Shown here piece after piece: positions 35,228-47,550 of a DNA stretch of 54,013 bases (the stretch's first letter is position 1; every line of letters starts with the position of its first letter). Source of the stretch: Octopus bimaculoides. Lineage: Eukaryota. The position numbers and the translations under genes are program-made. The stretch spans positions 21,323,738 to 21,377,750 of the forward strand of contig NC_069001.1 in the NCBI RefSeq assembly GCF_001194135.2. Reading direction: 5' to 3'. The notes beneath the pieces were generated by a model. It was not told the origin of the DNA. It searched no databases and was given only the letters and a program-made list of their open reading frames with translations.

Positions 35228-35447
35228 TTTCCAAATTTTGACGCAAGGCCACCAATTTTGAAGGAGGGGTTAAATAAAATACGTCGCCCCCCACCCAGTG
35301 CTCAACTGGTAGTTATTTTATCGACTCCGAAAAGATGAAAGGCAATGACGACTTCGGCGGCATTTGAACTTAGAATATTAAACCGGAAATAATACTGCTA
35401 AGCATTTTGTCCACTGTGCTAAAGATTCTGCCGGCTCTCCACCTTAA
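35228..35447 (-). mobile_element. SINE family 2
   Basis: Full head-to-tail homology to the other family 2 copies; the head abuts an AAT/AAC tract. Confidence 0.85.
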
Positions 35448-35483
35448 TAGTAATAAAGACAACAACAATAATAAGAATAATAA

Positions 35484-35804
35484 GTTGTGGGGAAGCCTCA
35501 TAGCCATGTGTTGAAGGGAATTCTTTGGGGTTTGAATAATTCACCTTTGGAAACATGGGTGTTTAGTTCAACATCCTTAAACAACCCTTATTCAGAGACC
35601 ATTTGACCTGACTACTTGTTCAGGTCAGCGACTACTTGACCTGAACAAAATTCTAAGTGGGCCCCACCAGCAAGATCATGCGCTGTTTATCTTGATATGA
35701 GATCATCCTGTCGCGCACATATGGCTGTGATGCATGTCTCTGATGTAACCTTATCACACGGATAGTCATGATGGGTATACCGGGCTTCGTATATTTTACC
35801 CCAG
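35484..35804 (+). mobile_element. Non-coding repeat (probable LINE 3'UTR), partial copy of 39571-40056
   Basis: Shares catagccatgtg...gaattctttgg...tgtttatcttgatatgagatca...gtcatgatgggtataccgggcttcgtata with 39780-40020. Confidence 0.75.
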
Positions 35805-37270
35805 CCTGAAGTCTGAGCTGAATGCATATGTTAGCCATAAATTCCTTAGCAGTCTCATTTGTTCTTTATAGCTTCAATGTGCTTAACTGGAATACCAGTG
35901 AAATAATGAAAATGGATAGAAAAATCCGCAAGCTACTGACTTGTAATAACATGCACCATCCAAAGGCAAACGTGGATCGTCTTTACTTTCCCAGAGCTCA
36001 GGGAAGTCGAGGCTTGATCCAGCTTGAACTTACACATACAAAACCATCACAATCGGACTGGCCAAATACCTTGAAACAAGCAACGATTGGATGCTAAAAC
36101 TTGTAGAAAAACATGAAAGACCGAAAAGACTTTACTCTATTCTGAAAGAGAGCAAAATATTCGGTACTGATCTCTGAGATACCTACCAGATTGATCAGGT
36201 TGAAGGGAATGCGCCAACTGCTGCTGTAAAGAGAATAAAATTAATTGCAAAGACAAAAGTACATGAAAAAATTAGTTAGCAGATGGGAACAGAAACCTCT
36301 GCATGGCAAGTATGCGGCCCGTAGCAAACAAGCTGATGTCGACCAGAAACATACACATCAATGGTTACGAAGCTCAGAGCTAAAAGCAGAGAGTGAAGGT
36401 TTCATATTAGCTGCTCAAGACCAAAGCTNNNNNNNNNNAGAGTGAAGGTTTCATATTAGCTGCTCAAGACCAAAGCTTATTAATCCGGAACTTCCAAGCC
36501 AATGTGATAAAAAAAATGGAGCTGACCCAAAATGCCGATTCTGTAACGATGAGATTGAAACTATAGACCACCTAATCTCAGGGTGTAGAGCACCTGCAGA
36601 ATATAAAACAAGACATGACAGAGTCGGCCAGTATTTACACTGGACAATATGTCGGCATTATAAAATCAAAACCGCTGACAAATGGTATAAACACCATCCT
36701 GAAGCTATGACTGAGGAAGAAACTGTGTCGATTCTCTGGGACTTCCCCGTACATACTGACAAGGCTATAAAAGCTAATAAACAGGATATTATTATAAAAG
36801 ATCAGACAAAAACGGTGTGTTTATTAATTGATATGAGTATTCCCTCTGATCATAATATAGCGGCGAAAGAATTTGACAAGATCAGTAACTATAAAGACTT
36901 GCTAATAGAAATTGAAAAAATGTGGCATCTCAAGGCGACTACTGTACCAGTGATTGTAGGAACTCTAGGAATGATTAAAAAAGGTACTGAAACCTATTTG
37001 AAAATGATACCAGGCTTACCATCCCTACAGGAAGTGCAAAAAATCGTGTTAACTGGAACGACTGATGTACTGAGAAGATCATTATCGCTGTGAAAACAAC
37101 ATCCATTCATGAATTTATTTATTTATTAATTTTTTTAAATACATATTTTACCTGTGAACTTGCGTGTGTAAACTGGGAATGCGTACAATGAGCTTCTCTG
37201 CCCTAGGTGTACGGAAAACACTCGGCAAGAAATGGAAGAAAATTTGAAGAAAGAAGAGAAAAGAAAAAAA
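35805..37270 (+). mobile_element. R4/Dong-clade non-LTR retrotransposon, 5'-truncated (copy C, third subfamily)
   Basis: LKSELNA..LAINSLAV, HHPKANVDRLYFPRAQGSRGL, LKAESEGFILAAQDQSL, CRFCNDEIETIDHLISGC, RHDRVGQYLHW, ILWDFPVHTDKAIKANKQDIII...IDMSIP...KE..K...Y, VPVIVGTLG. The 3'UTR ends in aataataat. Confidence 0.92.
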
Positions 37271-37276
37271 TAATAA

Positions 37277-37703
37277 TCCTTTCTACTATAGGCACAACGC
37301 CTGAAATTTTGGGGGAGTGGGGCCAGTCGATTAGATCGCCCCCAGTACGTAATTGGTACTTAATTTACCGACCCCGAAAGATGGAAGGCAAAGTAGACCT
37401 CGGCGGAATTTGAACTGAGAATGTAAAGACGCACAAAATACCGTTAAGCATTTTGACCACCGTGATAACGATTGAGCCAGCTCACTGCCTTAATAATCGG
37501 TTCTCCTGAAAGCACAGAGCCTCAAATATTGGGCAAGGGATTAAGTCGATTGCATTAACCTCAGTGAGTAACTGGTACTTATTTAATCGACCTCGAAAGG
37601 ATGAAAGGCAAAGTCAACCTCGGCGGAATTTGGACTCAGAACGTAGCGGCAAACGAAAGCATTTCGCTCGGCATGCTAACGATTCTGCCATCTCACAGCC
37701 TTA
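37277..37703 (-). mobile_element. Two tandem SINE family 2 copies (37277-37492 and 37498-37703)
   Basis: Two complete cores gatgaaaggcaaagt(a/c)gacctcggcggaattt, each ending in gcctta followed by an AAT/AAC tract. Confidence 0.88.
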
Positions 37704-37724
37704 ACAACAACAACAACAACAATA

Positions 37725-38215
37725 ATGAGAGACATGACAGAGAGAATAATCTTTTGGGAGTCATGTAGAAAGCTAGAATTTGACCATTCTGATAAATGGT
37801 ATGAGGCTGAACCCAGTGAAGTGTTAGAAGGTAAGAAATGGAAGATATGGAATTTTAACATTGAAACCAACAGTGTAATGGAAGCTAGAAGGTCTAATTT
37901 AGATATAGTAAACAAAGAGAATAAAATGTAGCAGGAAGTTGATTTTACAGACACAAAGGATGACAAAGTCGGTATAAAAGTTATAGAGAAAATGGCAAAG
38001 TACCAGGACCCAGCTTTTTGTTACAGGGGCTATGGAAAGTGCGACTAAAATGTATTCCTGTAGTTATAAGTGGATTAGGAACTATTCCTAGAAATTTGAA
38101 CAGATGAATAGAGGATAAACAGAAGATAGGCAGAAATCCTAGTTTTGTAAAGTTCGAGGAAACAGTGTTATTAGGGAGAGCTAAGATACTTAGGAAGGTT
38201 CATGGTATCTGAGGT
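37725..38215 (+). mobile_element. R4/Dong-clade 3' fragment, same subfamily as copy B
   Basis: RHDR..IFWESCRKLEFDHSDKWYEAEPSEVLE..KIWNFNIETNSVMEARRSNLDIV...EKMAKYQD...IPVVISGLGTIP. Confidence 0.82.
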
Positions 38216-38225
38216 CACTAGTTCA

Positions 38226-38457
38226 TTTACCTGTTTCACTCATTTGACTGAGTCCATTCTGGAGCACTGCCTTTAGTCGAACAAATCGACCCCTGGACTT
38301 ATTATTTGTAAGCCTAGTACTTATTTTACCGGTCTCTTATGCCTAACCGCTAAGTTACGCGGACGTAAACATACCAACATCGGTTGTCAAGCGATGGTGG
38401 TGGGACAAACAGAGAAACACAAATACATACACTGATATATACATACACAGATACATA

Positions 38458-38489
<32 letters not shown>

Positions 38490-38495
38490 GTGTGT

Positions 38496-38536
<41 letters not shown>

Positions 38537-39268
38537 GGCGCAATGGCCCAGTGGTTAGGGCAGCGGATTCGTGGTCGTAGGATCGCAGTTTCGATTCCCA
38601 AACCGGGCGTTGTGAGTGTTTATTGAGCGAAAACAGCTAAAAGCTCCGCAATTTTCTCGTACTCTTTCTTCCTGTTTCTGTAGTACCTGTACTTCAAAGG
38701 GTCAGCCTTGTCACACTCTGTCACGCTGAATCTCCCCGAGAACAATGTTAAGGGTACACGTGTCTGTGGAGTGCCCAGCCACTCGCACGTAGGCTGTTCC
38801 GTTGATCGGAGCAACTGGAACCCTCAGCGTCGTCACCGACGGAGCGCCACGATATATGTATACGTATATATATATATATATATATATNNNNNNNNNNNNN
38901 NNNNNNNNNNNNNNNNNNNNNNNNNNNNNNNNNNNNNNNNNNNNNNNNNNNNNNNNNNNNNNNNNNNNNNNNNNNNNNNNNNNNNNNNNNNNNNNNNNNN
39001 NNNNNNNNNNNNNNNNNNNNNNNNNNNNNNNNNNNNNNNNNNNNNNNNNNNNNNNNNNNNNNNNNNNNNNNNNNNNNNNNNNNNNNNNNNNNNNNNNNNN
39101 NNNNNNNNNNNNNNNNNNNNNNNNNNNCTTCTACCAAATCCACTTACAAGGCTTCGTTCGGCCGAGGCTATAGCAGAATACACTTGCCCAAGGTGTCACG
39201 CAGTGGGACTGAACCCAGAACCATGTGGTTGGGAAGCAAGCTTCTTAACATACAGCCACTCCTGCGCA
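38226..39268 (-). mobile_element. SINE family 1 interrupted by a family 3 SINE and an assembly gap
   Basis: The tail half (38226-38535) and head half (39128-39268) are colinear with the family 1 structure. Confidence 0.8.
38537..38850 (+). mobile_element. tRNA-derived SINE family 3
   Basis: Head ggcgcaatggcccagtggttagggcagcgg...gtttcgattccc has clear A- and B-boxes, followed by a unique body. Confidence 0.82.
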
Positions 39269-39348
39269 CTTGTTAGAAAATCTTTCAAACGCTCTAATAT
39301 GTTGTGCGTAAAACAACAACAACAACAATAATGATAGTAATAATAATG

Positions 39349-39543
39349 ATTCTTTCTAGTATGGGCACAAGGCCTGAAATTTATTTTGTGGGCTGCTTCT
39401 CAGTTACATCGGCCCTTATGACAACGTGCCTGAAAGGATGAACGGTAAAGTCGACCTCGGGGAAATTTGAACTCAGAACGTAAAGACGGAGATGTCGCTC
39501 AACATTCTGTCCTGCGTGCTAACGATTCTGCCTGCACACCTAA
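39349..39543 (-). mobile_element. SINE family 2
   Basis: Family core and tail; AAC/AAT tracts on both sides. Confidence 0.85.
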
Positions 39544-39570
39544 GTAACAACAACAAGAACAACAATACAG

Positions 39571-40056
39571 TACCAGGCAGTGGCTCTCATGGCTTCTGAT
39601 CTTAATTGATTGGAAGTGTTATCATGTACATTATTTTGTGTTGGTATAAAAGATGGGCTACAGCAAATATTTTGCTCAATACCACAGATTTGCTTGTCAA
39701 TTGTTTGCCCTTAAACAGTTGAGCATGTCCCTTAGTGTTTGACGATATGTGCATCTGTGCTCATGAGCAGAAGTAGTGGGGGAACACCATAGCCATGTGC
39801 TAAGAGGAATTCTTTGGTGTTTGAATAATTCAGGTCTGGGGGATGGGCTACTCGACCTGAAGAAAAAATTCTAAATGGGCTCCACCTGCGAGGTCATGTA
39901 CTGTTTATCTTGATATGAGATCACCATGCCGCGCACATATGGTTGTGATGCATGTGCGTGGTGTACCCTTATCAAATGGGTAGTCATGATGGGTATACCG
40001 GGCTTCGTATAGTTTACTCCAGTGTCACTTTGATGGCATGCACTGCTCTCTCACTC
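39571..40056 (+). mobile_element. Non-coding repeat with (AAT)n tail (probable LINE 3'UTR or non-autonomous retroelement)
   Basis: Homologous to 35484-35804; ends ...gcactgctctctcactc followed by (AAT)n at 40057-40116. Confidence 0.75.
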
Positions 40057-40110
<54 letters not shown>

Positions 40111-40116
40111 CATAAT

Positions 40117-40310
40117 ATTCTTTTCTACAATAGGCACAAGGCACGAAATTTTGGGGGCGGGGGCTAGTTGATTAGATCGATCACAGTATCACGAAAGGAT
40201 GAAAGGCAAAATCGACCTCGGAGGAATTTGAATTCAGAACGTAGCGACCGACAAAATATCGCTAAGTATTTCGCCCGGCGTACTAACGATTCTGCCAGCT
40301 CGCCGCCTTA
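40117..40310 (-). mobile_element. SINE family 2
   Basis: Family core; tail fused to (AAT)n and head fused to (AAC/AAT)n. Confidence 0.87.
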
Positions 40311-40519
40311 ATAACAACAACAACAACAACAATAACGATAATAATAATAATAATTATAATACGCAATGCGTGTAATAATATTTTCTTTATAGGTCACAAA
40401 GGCCTACGTAGAACACACCTGGACGCAAATGCAAATCACGAAAGGAGAGGTAAGGGTTTACCGTGTAAGCATATAAAATAATAACAAAAGGAAACAATAA
40501 AATTAAACAATTACAATTC

Positions 40520-41330
40520 TTTAATAGGGGGGGTCTTCTAAGGGCAAACCTCGCAAACCCCTCAGAAAATCCCGGTTTCCCTGACCACTTACGCATGTGC
40601 TTTTTCTCTCTCGGAAGCGCATGCTCAAAGCAAATCCATTCAACCGAACCGTGCTTGCCCCTGTCATCTACCTTTCAATAAATTTTCTAGAAGGGAGCTC
40701 CTCCCTTTCACTCTGATCCGTTTCTTCAAATGAAACCTGAAAAAGTTGATCAAAGATTCGTCAGAGAGGAAAGAGCCTGTCTTCAGCATTTTCAGTATTT
40801 CCCACCACACAACCTCTTTTGCCATGGCTAGCAGGCAGATGTAAACAGCCCTGCCTTTCCGACCAAAGGAAGGGCGCGGAGCAATCTTAACAATAGACTC
40901 GGATCCGTGTGACACGCGGCAACAAGTGCTCGACATAAACTTACACGTCAGAAATTGTCGGGCACTGGACGAGTGCGTGCAGAACGCTTTCATTGCACCG
41001 CGCACATCTCGGACAGCTTCGACTCCCGGCACTTCCATGCCTCTGGAGTTTATCCCAAACCAGCAATGCTCCCCGGTACCACTACCAGACCAGGGATTTC
41101 TGGAAGTTATCCATAGGCAGTGGTGCGAAAGTCCATCGGAAAAGATTGGCCAGTTGTTCCTAATCGAAGCCCATAGCATCCCCAAGGACGTCTCTGCACC
41201 CGATCCTCCACTAACCCCCTATAGAACGCCAAGGTAGAATTTCCACCAACTGCATTGCTCGACTGGTAAAGGACTAAGAAGGCTTGTCGGCACTCAAGGT
41301 GCTAGTTCAACCTCCCATCGTCACTCTCTC
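40520..41330 (-). mobile_element. L1/Tx1-clade ORF2 C-terminal fragment with CCHC zinc knuckle
   Basis: DNFQKSLVW...RGAL.V.DKLQRHG...CPRCARCNESVLHALVQC, then ESIVKIAP...ICLLAMAKEVVWW...LINFFRFHLK. Confidence 0.82.
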
Positions 41331-42757
41331 GCTCGGTCGCCATTATTTTTGGTAAAATTTTCGAAGAAATTCTTCGACGTAATTGGCGTATTTAGCCCCA
41401 AAAGGGGGCTTTTTAAAAAAATAGAAATTAGCTCCCTGGGAGCAGGGTGAGGCAGCTGCCTTATAACACGAATTGAACAATAAAAACAAGAATTCAACAA
41501 CTTGTGACAACAAAAATCAAACAATTTCGGGAGCTCAAAACGTATGACTTACCGCAATTAACACCCTTAATCAATCACGTAATGCATTTACTAATGTGAA
41601 TGCTATGCACATGCATTTTATATAACTTGAATTATATAATTTGAATTAATCGCTTATAGAATACCTTTATACTGTTTAAGCATCCAATCTTTTCGTTGAT
41701 TTTCCCTTGATAATTAGTGCGAACGTGTCGACCGGTCCTTATGCGGCAATAAAAAATATTCTTTCCAACTAATATTTTCAGTTATATGTGTAATTTAAAA
41801 CAGGGACTGATTGAGCTGTATATCATAAATACATTTTTGTTAAACAGATTTTTGTTTAATCCACAAATATTTGTGTCTGTTCTAGTATTGTGAACTACAA
41901 AACATCTCAACCAAAATACGTTTTTAATTTTTTGGCAATATAGCTTATAAATTTTATATTTTCTTATTACATTAATCTAAAGTCAATTTGCAATTTTAAC
42001 TGTAATAGAGAGATTCAATCTTCTCTTCACTACGTTTGCCTATAAACATCCATCATCGTCTGATTATTTTATTTCACACACAATTACATTTTAAATCATA
42101 TACGATTGATTGAATATATTCATTGTCATTTAGATTACGTATTTAGCTTATATAGGTAATTTCATATGAATTTAATATTTATTATAATGCATATTTTGTG
42201 GCTTTCTTGTTTCAAAAAAGGTGATTATTTTTCAACCGAATATTACCGAAATTAATTTAATGAACTTTTATAAAAACTAAATGTTGACACGTAATATAAT
42301 AAAATATTGTTATACGCAAAAATATTTCATCATTAATCTTATACCACTTTCTTACAGTTTACTCAATTTTCTTTAGTAACGAAAACAGTTTGTTTTCAAC
42401 TTGAAATACCTATTCAAACGACTATAGATTATTTATAATTACTAAAATCAAATTTATAGCATCAAATCTCCAAATACACCCCAATTGTTTCACCTGATAG
42501 TTATCATGTGGCCTCATTGTTTATCCTCTCATCATCCATACACAGATACTTGTATTACGCTTTATCAATAACGTTACTTTGCACATTCCAAATATTTGAC
42601 TTACCCTGGAGTCTTTCAGCTTCTATATTATACATATTATACTTTCATGTAAACGGTTTGAAAACCTCGATGTTGGAGCACTTTGAAAATATACAAACCT
42701 AATGACTAACACAGACGATTATTCATTACATTTTGTCTCTAACTGAAAAGAAAGAAT

Positions 42758-42801
<44 letters not shown>

Positions 42802-44396
42802 CGTGTGTGTGTATGCGTGTATGTGTGTGTGTCATAGTTATACATAAGTGTAGGAGATATCAGTATCAAATTTAAGGTAGAACATAATCCATGGTAAATA
42901 GAGGCCTGTGCAGATCTGTCAAAGAACAATTGGAGAAAAACACATATGAAAAAAAAAACAGTGACAACACCTGTTCACATGTTTCGGCGCATGTCTGTGC
43001 ATCGTTTAATGGCGGCATACCCTGACTTTGTAGATGCTCAGAGCAGTCAGACCTTCTGACCAGTAGAATATGCTTCTACAAATTGTGAAAGAGCCAGCAA
43101 ACTGTCCAACCAGATCAGCTGTGAACTGGGATGAAGTATAGCCACCAGGTGATATTAGATGACAGAGCGTTCGACACATCTGCCTGATCCTTCAGGGACT
43201 GCCTCAGCAAAGGAAACAAGTTACATACTGCAACGTTTCTCTAAATATATGACTACTATATTCATTGTCTCAAGCATATTTTTTTTCTTCATTGAATTTG
43301 AACTCGCATCTTTAAGAGCCGGAACATATTCAGCAAAGCATTTGTCTAGCACCCTAATCATTCTAGAAATACACCACCTCCAGTTTATTAATAATAATAT
43401 ATTAGGTTATCTTTCATTTTCCATATAATATACACCATAACACTGTTTACACTAGCATCAAACAACGACAACTACAATAACAAAATATTCTATTCTAGCA
43501 TAAAAATAACATTTCCCAAAACAGTTCTTCTGAATACAAACGACGCATAATTAATGAGATATCCATAGCTTCATGTCTATATGTAGGATAACGCTCTTCT
43601 AAAACTGACGTGACCACCATATTTATAAATGCCTTAACATTTATTGTTTTATTTGATATGCAACTTATGTCTCACCCTGTTCCATAATGAAATAATGTGT
43701 CTTTGTTGTCGAAAATGATGTCTCCTTTATTTCAGATGTTTTACATTTAATTTCAGTTTGCTATTGCTTTGATGAGAAGTATTTAAAGTTACAAAATTAG
43801 GATTGTTTCCAATATTTTTAGTCTATTTAATCAGCTCTTCATTTCCATCAGTAACGGACGCAATCCAATTTATGGTTAAACAATGGAAATTATTTTCTTT
43901 TACATTAGTATTTACAATCAGATTTCAAATCACACAGGTTTTCTTTATAATTGTTCTCTCCTCTATCAAAAAAGTACACTGGCATATGGGATCATGTACT
44001 TTGATCTCTTCAGTCTACAACATAATTCTTCCAAATTTGTGATTTTGTCCAAAAGTTAAGCAGTAACTAAATTCATGTGAAAATATTTCTCTTACAAACA
44101 ATGATATCGTAAACATCAGTTTAAGCTTACCAGAGGATTGTATTTTAAATTACATTTAAATGACAAACATTTCTATCAATTTTACACAGAAAATCAAGCA
44201 ATTATTTAAACATTATTCTCGGGGAGAAATGCAGTTCATTCTGTTAACGGAAATAACAACCTTTAGCATCCGTTCCTAATTTTTCTCTTAATGTGATTTT
44301 ATCTAAACTTTTACGTTATTAACGTGCATATATTCAAAACTTTGGAAAACTGTCTTTGTCTTTGGTCTTCCTCAGATTCGTTATAATAATAATAAT

Positions 44397-44612
44397 ACTT
44401 TCTACTACAGGAACAAAGCCTGAAATCTTGGGAGAGGGGGACTAGTCAATTAAATCGACTTCAGTGCTCAACGTGTATTTATTTTATCATCCCCGAAAAG
44501 ATGAAAGGCAAAATCGACCTTCGCGGGATGTTGAACTCAAAACGTAAAGACGGACGAAATGCTGCTATGTATTTTCTCCGGCGTGCAAAGAATTCTGTTA
44601 GCTCACCGCCTT
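44397..44612 (-). mobile_element. SINE family 2
   Basis: Family core and tail next to ataataataataat. Confidence 0.85.
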
Positions 44613-44717
44613 TTTAACACAGTTCGATGAAACATTACACACAAACACACGTGGCACTGATTTTTTGCTCATCATTCTATTTGTCTAAACACTTGTATTC
44701 TTTTTTCACTGTGTGTA

Positions 44718-44752
<35 letters not shown>

Positions 44753-44876
44753 NNNNNNNNNNNATATACATACACATATATATATAACCGTAAAAAAATA
44801 ACGAGGTAAAAGTTTTTATTTTTCATTCCCTTTGAAATTGCTCTTAAACGTGGTTTGGTCGTTTTGACTGGTTCTT

Positions 44877-45240
44877 CTAGCGTGTAAAATTACCTGTTGA
44901 AGGTAGTTTCTCTTGTGTTTAAATGTACACTATTTTATATTGAGGATATGTTGTCTATTGAATTTTTATACATGCTAGGCCACTGGTAGTGAAATTTCTA
45001 AAAATCTTCGTTACCCTGTATATTTTACGTATATGATTTTAGCCTTTAAAAGATCAGTTCGGCATTTTTCATTTACTGCCGAATGAAACTGCGCTTGCGC
45101 AGTGAATTTGAAAAATTATAACATATAATGATGAGGCACGTGTTATTTGTCTCTAAATTATAAGTTAATGTTATGGCTTCTAGCTTGTGAAATTATCTGT
45201 TAAAAGTAGTTTGTCTTGTGTTTAAATGTGAACTATTATA
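44877..45240 (+). repeat. Unclassified repeat with about 58-bp direct repeats about 303 bp apart
   Basis: 44877-44934 matches 45180-45237; the interior is homologous to 700-905. Confidence 0.6.
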
Positions 45241-45846
45241 TATATATATATATATNNNNNNNNNNNNNNNNNNNNNNNNNNNNNNNNNNNNNNNNNNNNN
45301 NNNNNNNNNNNNNNNNNNNNNNNNNNNNNNNNNNNNNNNNNNNNNNNNNNNNNNNNNNNNNNNNNNNNNNNNNNNNNNNNNNNNNNNNNNNNNNNNNNNN
45401 NNNNNNNNNNNNNNNNNNNNNNNNNNNNNNNNNNNNNNNNNNNNNNNNNNNNNNNNNNNNNNNNNNNNNNNNNNNNNNNNNNNNNNNNNNNNNNNNNNNN
45501 NNNNNNNNNNNNNNNNNNNNNNNNNNNNNNNNNNNNNNNNNNNNNNNNNNNNNNNNNNNNNNNNNNNNNNNNNNNNNNNNNNNNNNNNNNNNNNNNNNNN
45601 NNNNNNNNNNNNNNNNNNNNNNNNNNNNNNNNNNNNNNNNNNNNNNNNNNNNNNNNNNNNNNNNNNNNNNNNNNNNNNNNNNNNNNNNNNNNNNNNNNNN
45701 NNNNNNNNNNNNNNNNNNNNNNNNNNNNNNNNNNNNNNNNNNNNNNNNNNNNNNNNNNNNNNNNNNNNNNNNNNNNNNNNNNNNNNNNNNNNNNNNNNNN
45801 NNNNNNNNNNNNNNNNNNNNNNNNNNNNNNNNNNNNNNNNNNNNNN

Positions 45847-47550
45847 AAAACTAGAGTAGTAGGGAGAAACATGTACTGTGATGGGTATGAAATCGTAAAT
45901 TTAAATATGTATAGAGATCAAAGTTGGTTATACATACATATTTAGACGTGTTCTGTATTTTTCGATGACTAGCGTTTCTTTATTTAAACGATCTTGTATA
46001 GAAATTGTATCGTTGCTCTGGTAAAAGGGGAAAACTAAAATTTGGTTCGATGTTACCTGCACATCTCTCTATGTGTTCACTTAAAGGAATCTGTCTGTAT
46101 TGCGGGAACCGGATCTGCTCTCTATGTACAGTGGTTCTCCGTCTTAATCTCTTGCACGTCTGGCCTATATTGTGATGCCCACAACTCGAGCAGATTATTA
46201 CATAAATTAGATTCTCAGAGGCACAAGTGTAATTGGTCTTAATTGTGAACCTCTCCTCTTGCTTGAAAAGGAAATCCGAGCCTTCAGGTACGTTGGAGCA
46301 TGTTCCACAGTTTGGACATCCACATTTTTTAACCGTTGTTTTTGTAGTTGTTGTGTAAAGCTTCGCATTGCTAGAAGTCTCTTTAGCGATTTGTGTTGCA
46401 TTTTGCATTTGATGAATTTATGTGCTTTCAGGATGTTGTTCATTTTTGGGTCTCTAGTTAGTAAAGGAAGATGTTGAACAACAGTGTTGTATGCCTCATT
46501 GTTTCTAGGCTTGTGAGCTGATACATACACCAGTGTTTTGAGATGAGGTGTAGTGGTATGTTTTGTTTTCCTTAGTGTTTTTATGTCTAATTTCTTGGGA
46601 AGCTTAATTCCATCGTCTGTTCTTTGCTATATTCCATAGTGAATTGAATGTTATGGTTTATATCATTTAGTGTTGATTTGAATTCCAAAAGTTCATCAAT
46701 GGTCTCCTTCCAAATGATAAAACAATCATCCAGGTATCTTTTCCAGTTTTCTGTTATATAATGGTGAAATGGATAATCATATTTTTGCAGTGACATTTAA
46801 TATATGGTGAATTCAAAATAACTCATTATCAGGTTCCCAAGAACAGGGGCTGCTTTCGTTCCCATCATAATTCCGCATTTTTTATGAGAGTAGGTGTCAT
46901 CAAATAGGAAATAATTGTTCTGAAGTAGAAATTTTAAATATTCAACAATAAAGACCTGATTTATGCCTTTCTGAAGTACTTCGGGATTCTTTTCCAACCA
47001 GAATTTGATTGCCTTTATTCCATAGTCATATAGGATGTTGGTGTAAAGATTTATAACGTTGAAAGAAACCAATAATGCCTCTTTATTAATTGTTTTTAGT
47101 AGGTCCTTTAGTACGTCTAAATCGTCTCTAAATAAAAGTTTGATGTATTTCAGCAAGGGCTTCAGTAGGTTGTCTAGAAATTTGCTTAGGCTGTGGGTTT
47201 CAAAGGCTGGACCGTAACTTTAAGTCTTCTGGTGACTGTTTGCAAGCTTCGTTAACTTATCTCTTGCTCTTGTGTATTTTAGGTAGGCCGTAAAAAAGAC
47301 TAGGTAAAAAAGACTTGAAGTTCTTTTTCTGTCAGGCCTTTTCCATGTAGAAGTATTAAGGATGCAAGATTTTTCATTGTTTTTTTTTGTTATTCATAGT
47401 TTACAAATTTTTCGTAGAAGGCATCGTCTTCTGGCATGGATAATACTAGGTTTTTATAGTATTCTTTGTGCATCAGGACTATAGCACTTCCTTTGTTTGC
47501 TTCTTTGATTGTAAGTCTTTCTCTAGTTTTTAATTTTTTATTTGTATATA
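45847..47550 (-). mobile_element. Penelope-like element (Neptune-type), RT and GIY-YIG half; same family as 24390-25820
   Basis: TIKEANKGSAIVLM, LLVSFNVINLYTNI, KCGIMMGTKAAP, WKRYLDDCFIIW, KCGCPNCGTC, ENLIYVIICSSCGHHNIGQT. The 3' flank matches 25740-25815. Confidence 0.92.

Noticed and set aside
38537-38610. tRNA-like sequence (also other SINE heads)
   Set aside because: A/B boxes are present, but no complete cloverleaf is evident and it continues into a SINE body.
42880-43260. Moderately GC-rich unique-looking segment as a possible exon or hAT relic
   Set aside because: No frame gave a recognisable motif or a consistent pair of splice sites.
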